DNA of 20,459 bases from an uncultured Janthinobacterium sp. (GTDB lineage: Bacteria > Vulcanimicrobiota > Vulcanimicrobiia > Vulcanimicrobiales > Vulcanimicrobiaceae): NCBI GenBank assembly GCA_964658025.1, contig CAZZXB010000048.1, positions 1 through 20,459 of the forward strand, read 5' to 3'. The position numbers were made by a program, and so were the translations under genes. Shown piece after piece: positions 20,060-20,459 of the stretch (position 1 is its first letter; the number at the start of each line of letters is the position of its first letter). A model generated the notes under the pieces. It made no database searches, was not told the DNA's origin, and was given only the letters and a program-made list of their open reading frames with translations.

Positions 20060-20062
20060 CGC

Positions 20063-20459
20063 CTACCCGGCGAGCGCGATCCTTGCGTTCGCGAAGTCGA
20101 TGATCGTCTGTTCGCGCGCGAACTCTGCGGATTGCGCCGCCGTTTCCCGCTGACGTCCGGTCGCCGCTTCCAGATCGGCCCGGGCGGCCGCGACGTCGAT
20201 CTGCTCTTTCTCGAGCGCGCTGTCCACGAGCACGGTCAGCCGATCCGGAAGCGCTTGCAAGAAGCCCTCGCTCGTCGCGAACTCGAGCCGCTTCCCGCCC
20301 TCGACGTTCGCGCGTAAGATGCCGGGACGGAGCGCCGTGAGAAACGGCGCGTGCGACGGAAGAATCCCCTCCTCGCCCTCCGTCCCGACCGCGATCACGA
20401 GTTCGGCATCGCCTTCGAACGCGACGGCGACCGGGGTGATGAGTCGGAACGGAATCGTG
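20063..20459 (-). CDS. atpC: F1F0 ATP synthase epsilon subunit, 5' end off the window
   Basis: The frame extends to the window edge: TIPFRLITP...FEGDAELVIAVGTEGEEGILPSHAPFLTALRPG...SEGFLQA...TVLVDSA...IDVAAAR, followed by a helical C-terminus. Confidence 0.95.
   Translation of the reverse strand, partial: TIPFRLITPVAVAFEGDAELVIAVGTEGEEGILPSHAPFLTALRPGILRANVEGGKRLEFATSEGFLQALPDRLTVLVDSALEKEQIDVAAARADLEAATGRQRETAAQSAEFAREQTIIDFANARIALAG

Overview
High-GC, CG-rich bacterial window, almost all coded on the minus strand. Housekeeping genes sit at both ends: atpC (truncated at the right edge) and murA-mreB-tsaC-lptA-like-rarA (rarA runs off the left edge). About 15 kb of accessory genes lie between atpC and murA: a secreted GH37 trehalase, an MFS transporter, a DgcA/StcD-like flavin oxidoreductase, a large LuxR-HTH regulator, a SolA/sarcosine oxidase-family enzyme, S9 and S46 peptidases, a second MFS, and a GT2 protein with degenerate catalytic motifs. 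The most notable signal is a shared promoter layout. A GYCCC-N5-GGGGC palindrome plus A-tract is centred 32-33 nt upstream of a CTAYAAT -10 box in front of both leftward units that flank the regulator. This suggests a compact regulon for N-methylated amino acid or peptide catabolism. Three housekeeping genes also lack a well-placed canonical start codon. No rRNA, tRNA, CRISPR or mobile-element genes were recognised. All family calls come from motif recognition by eye, not database searches.
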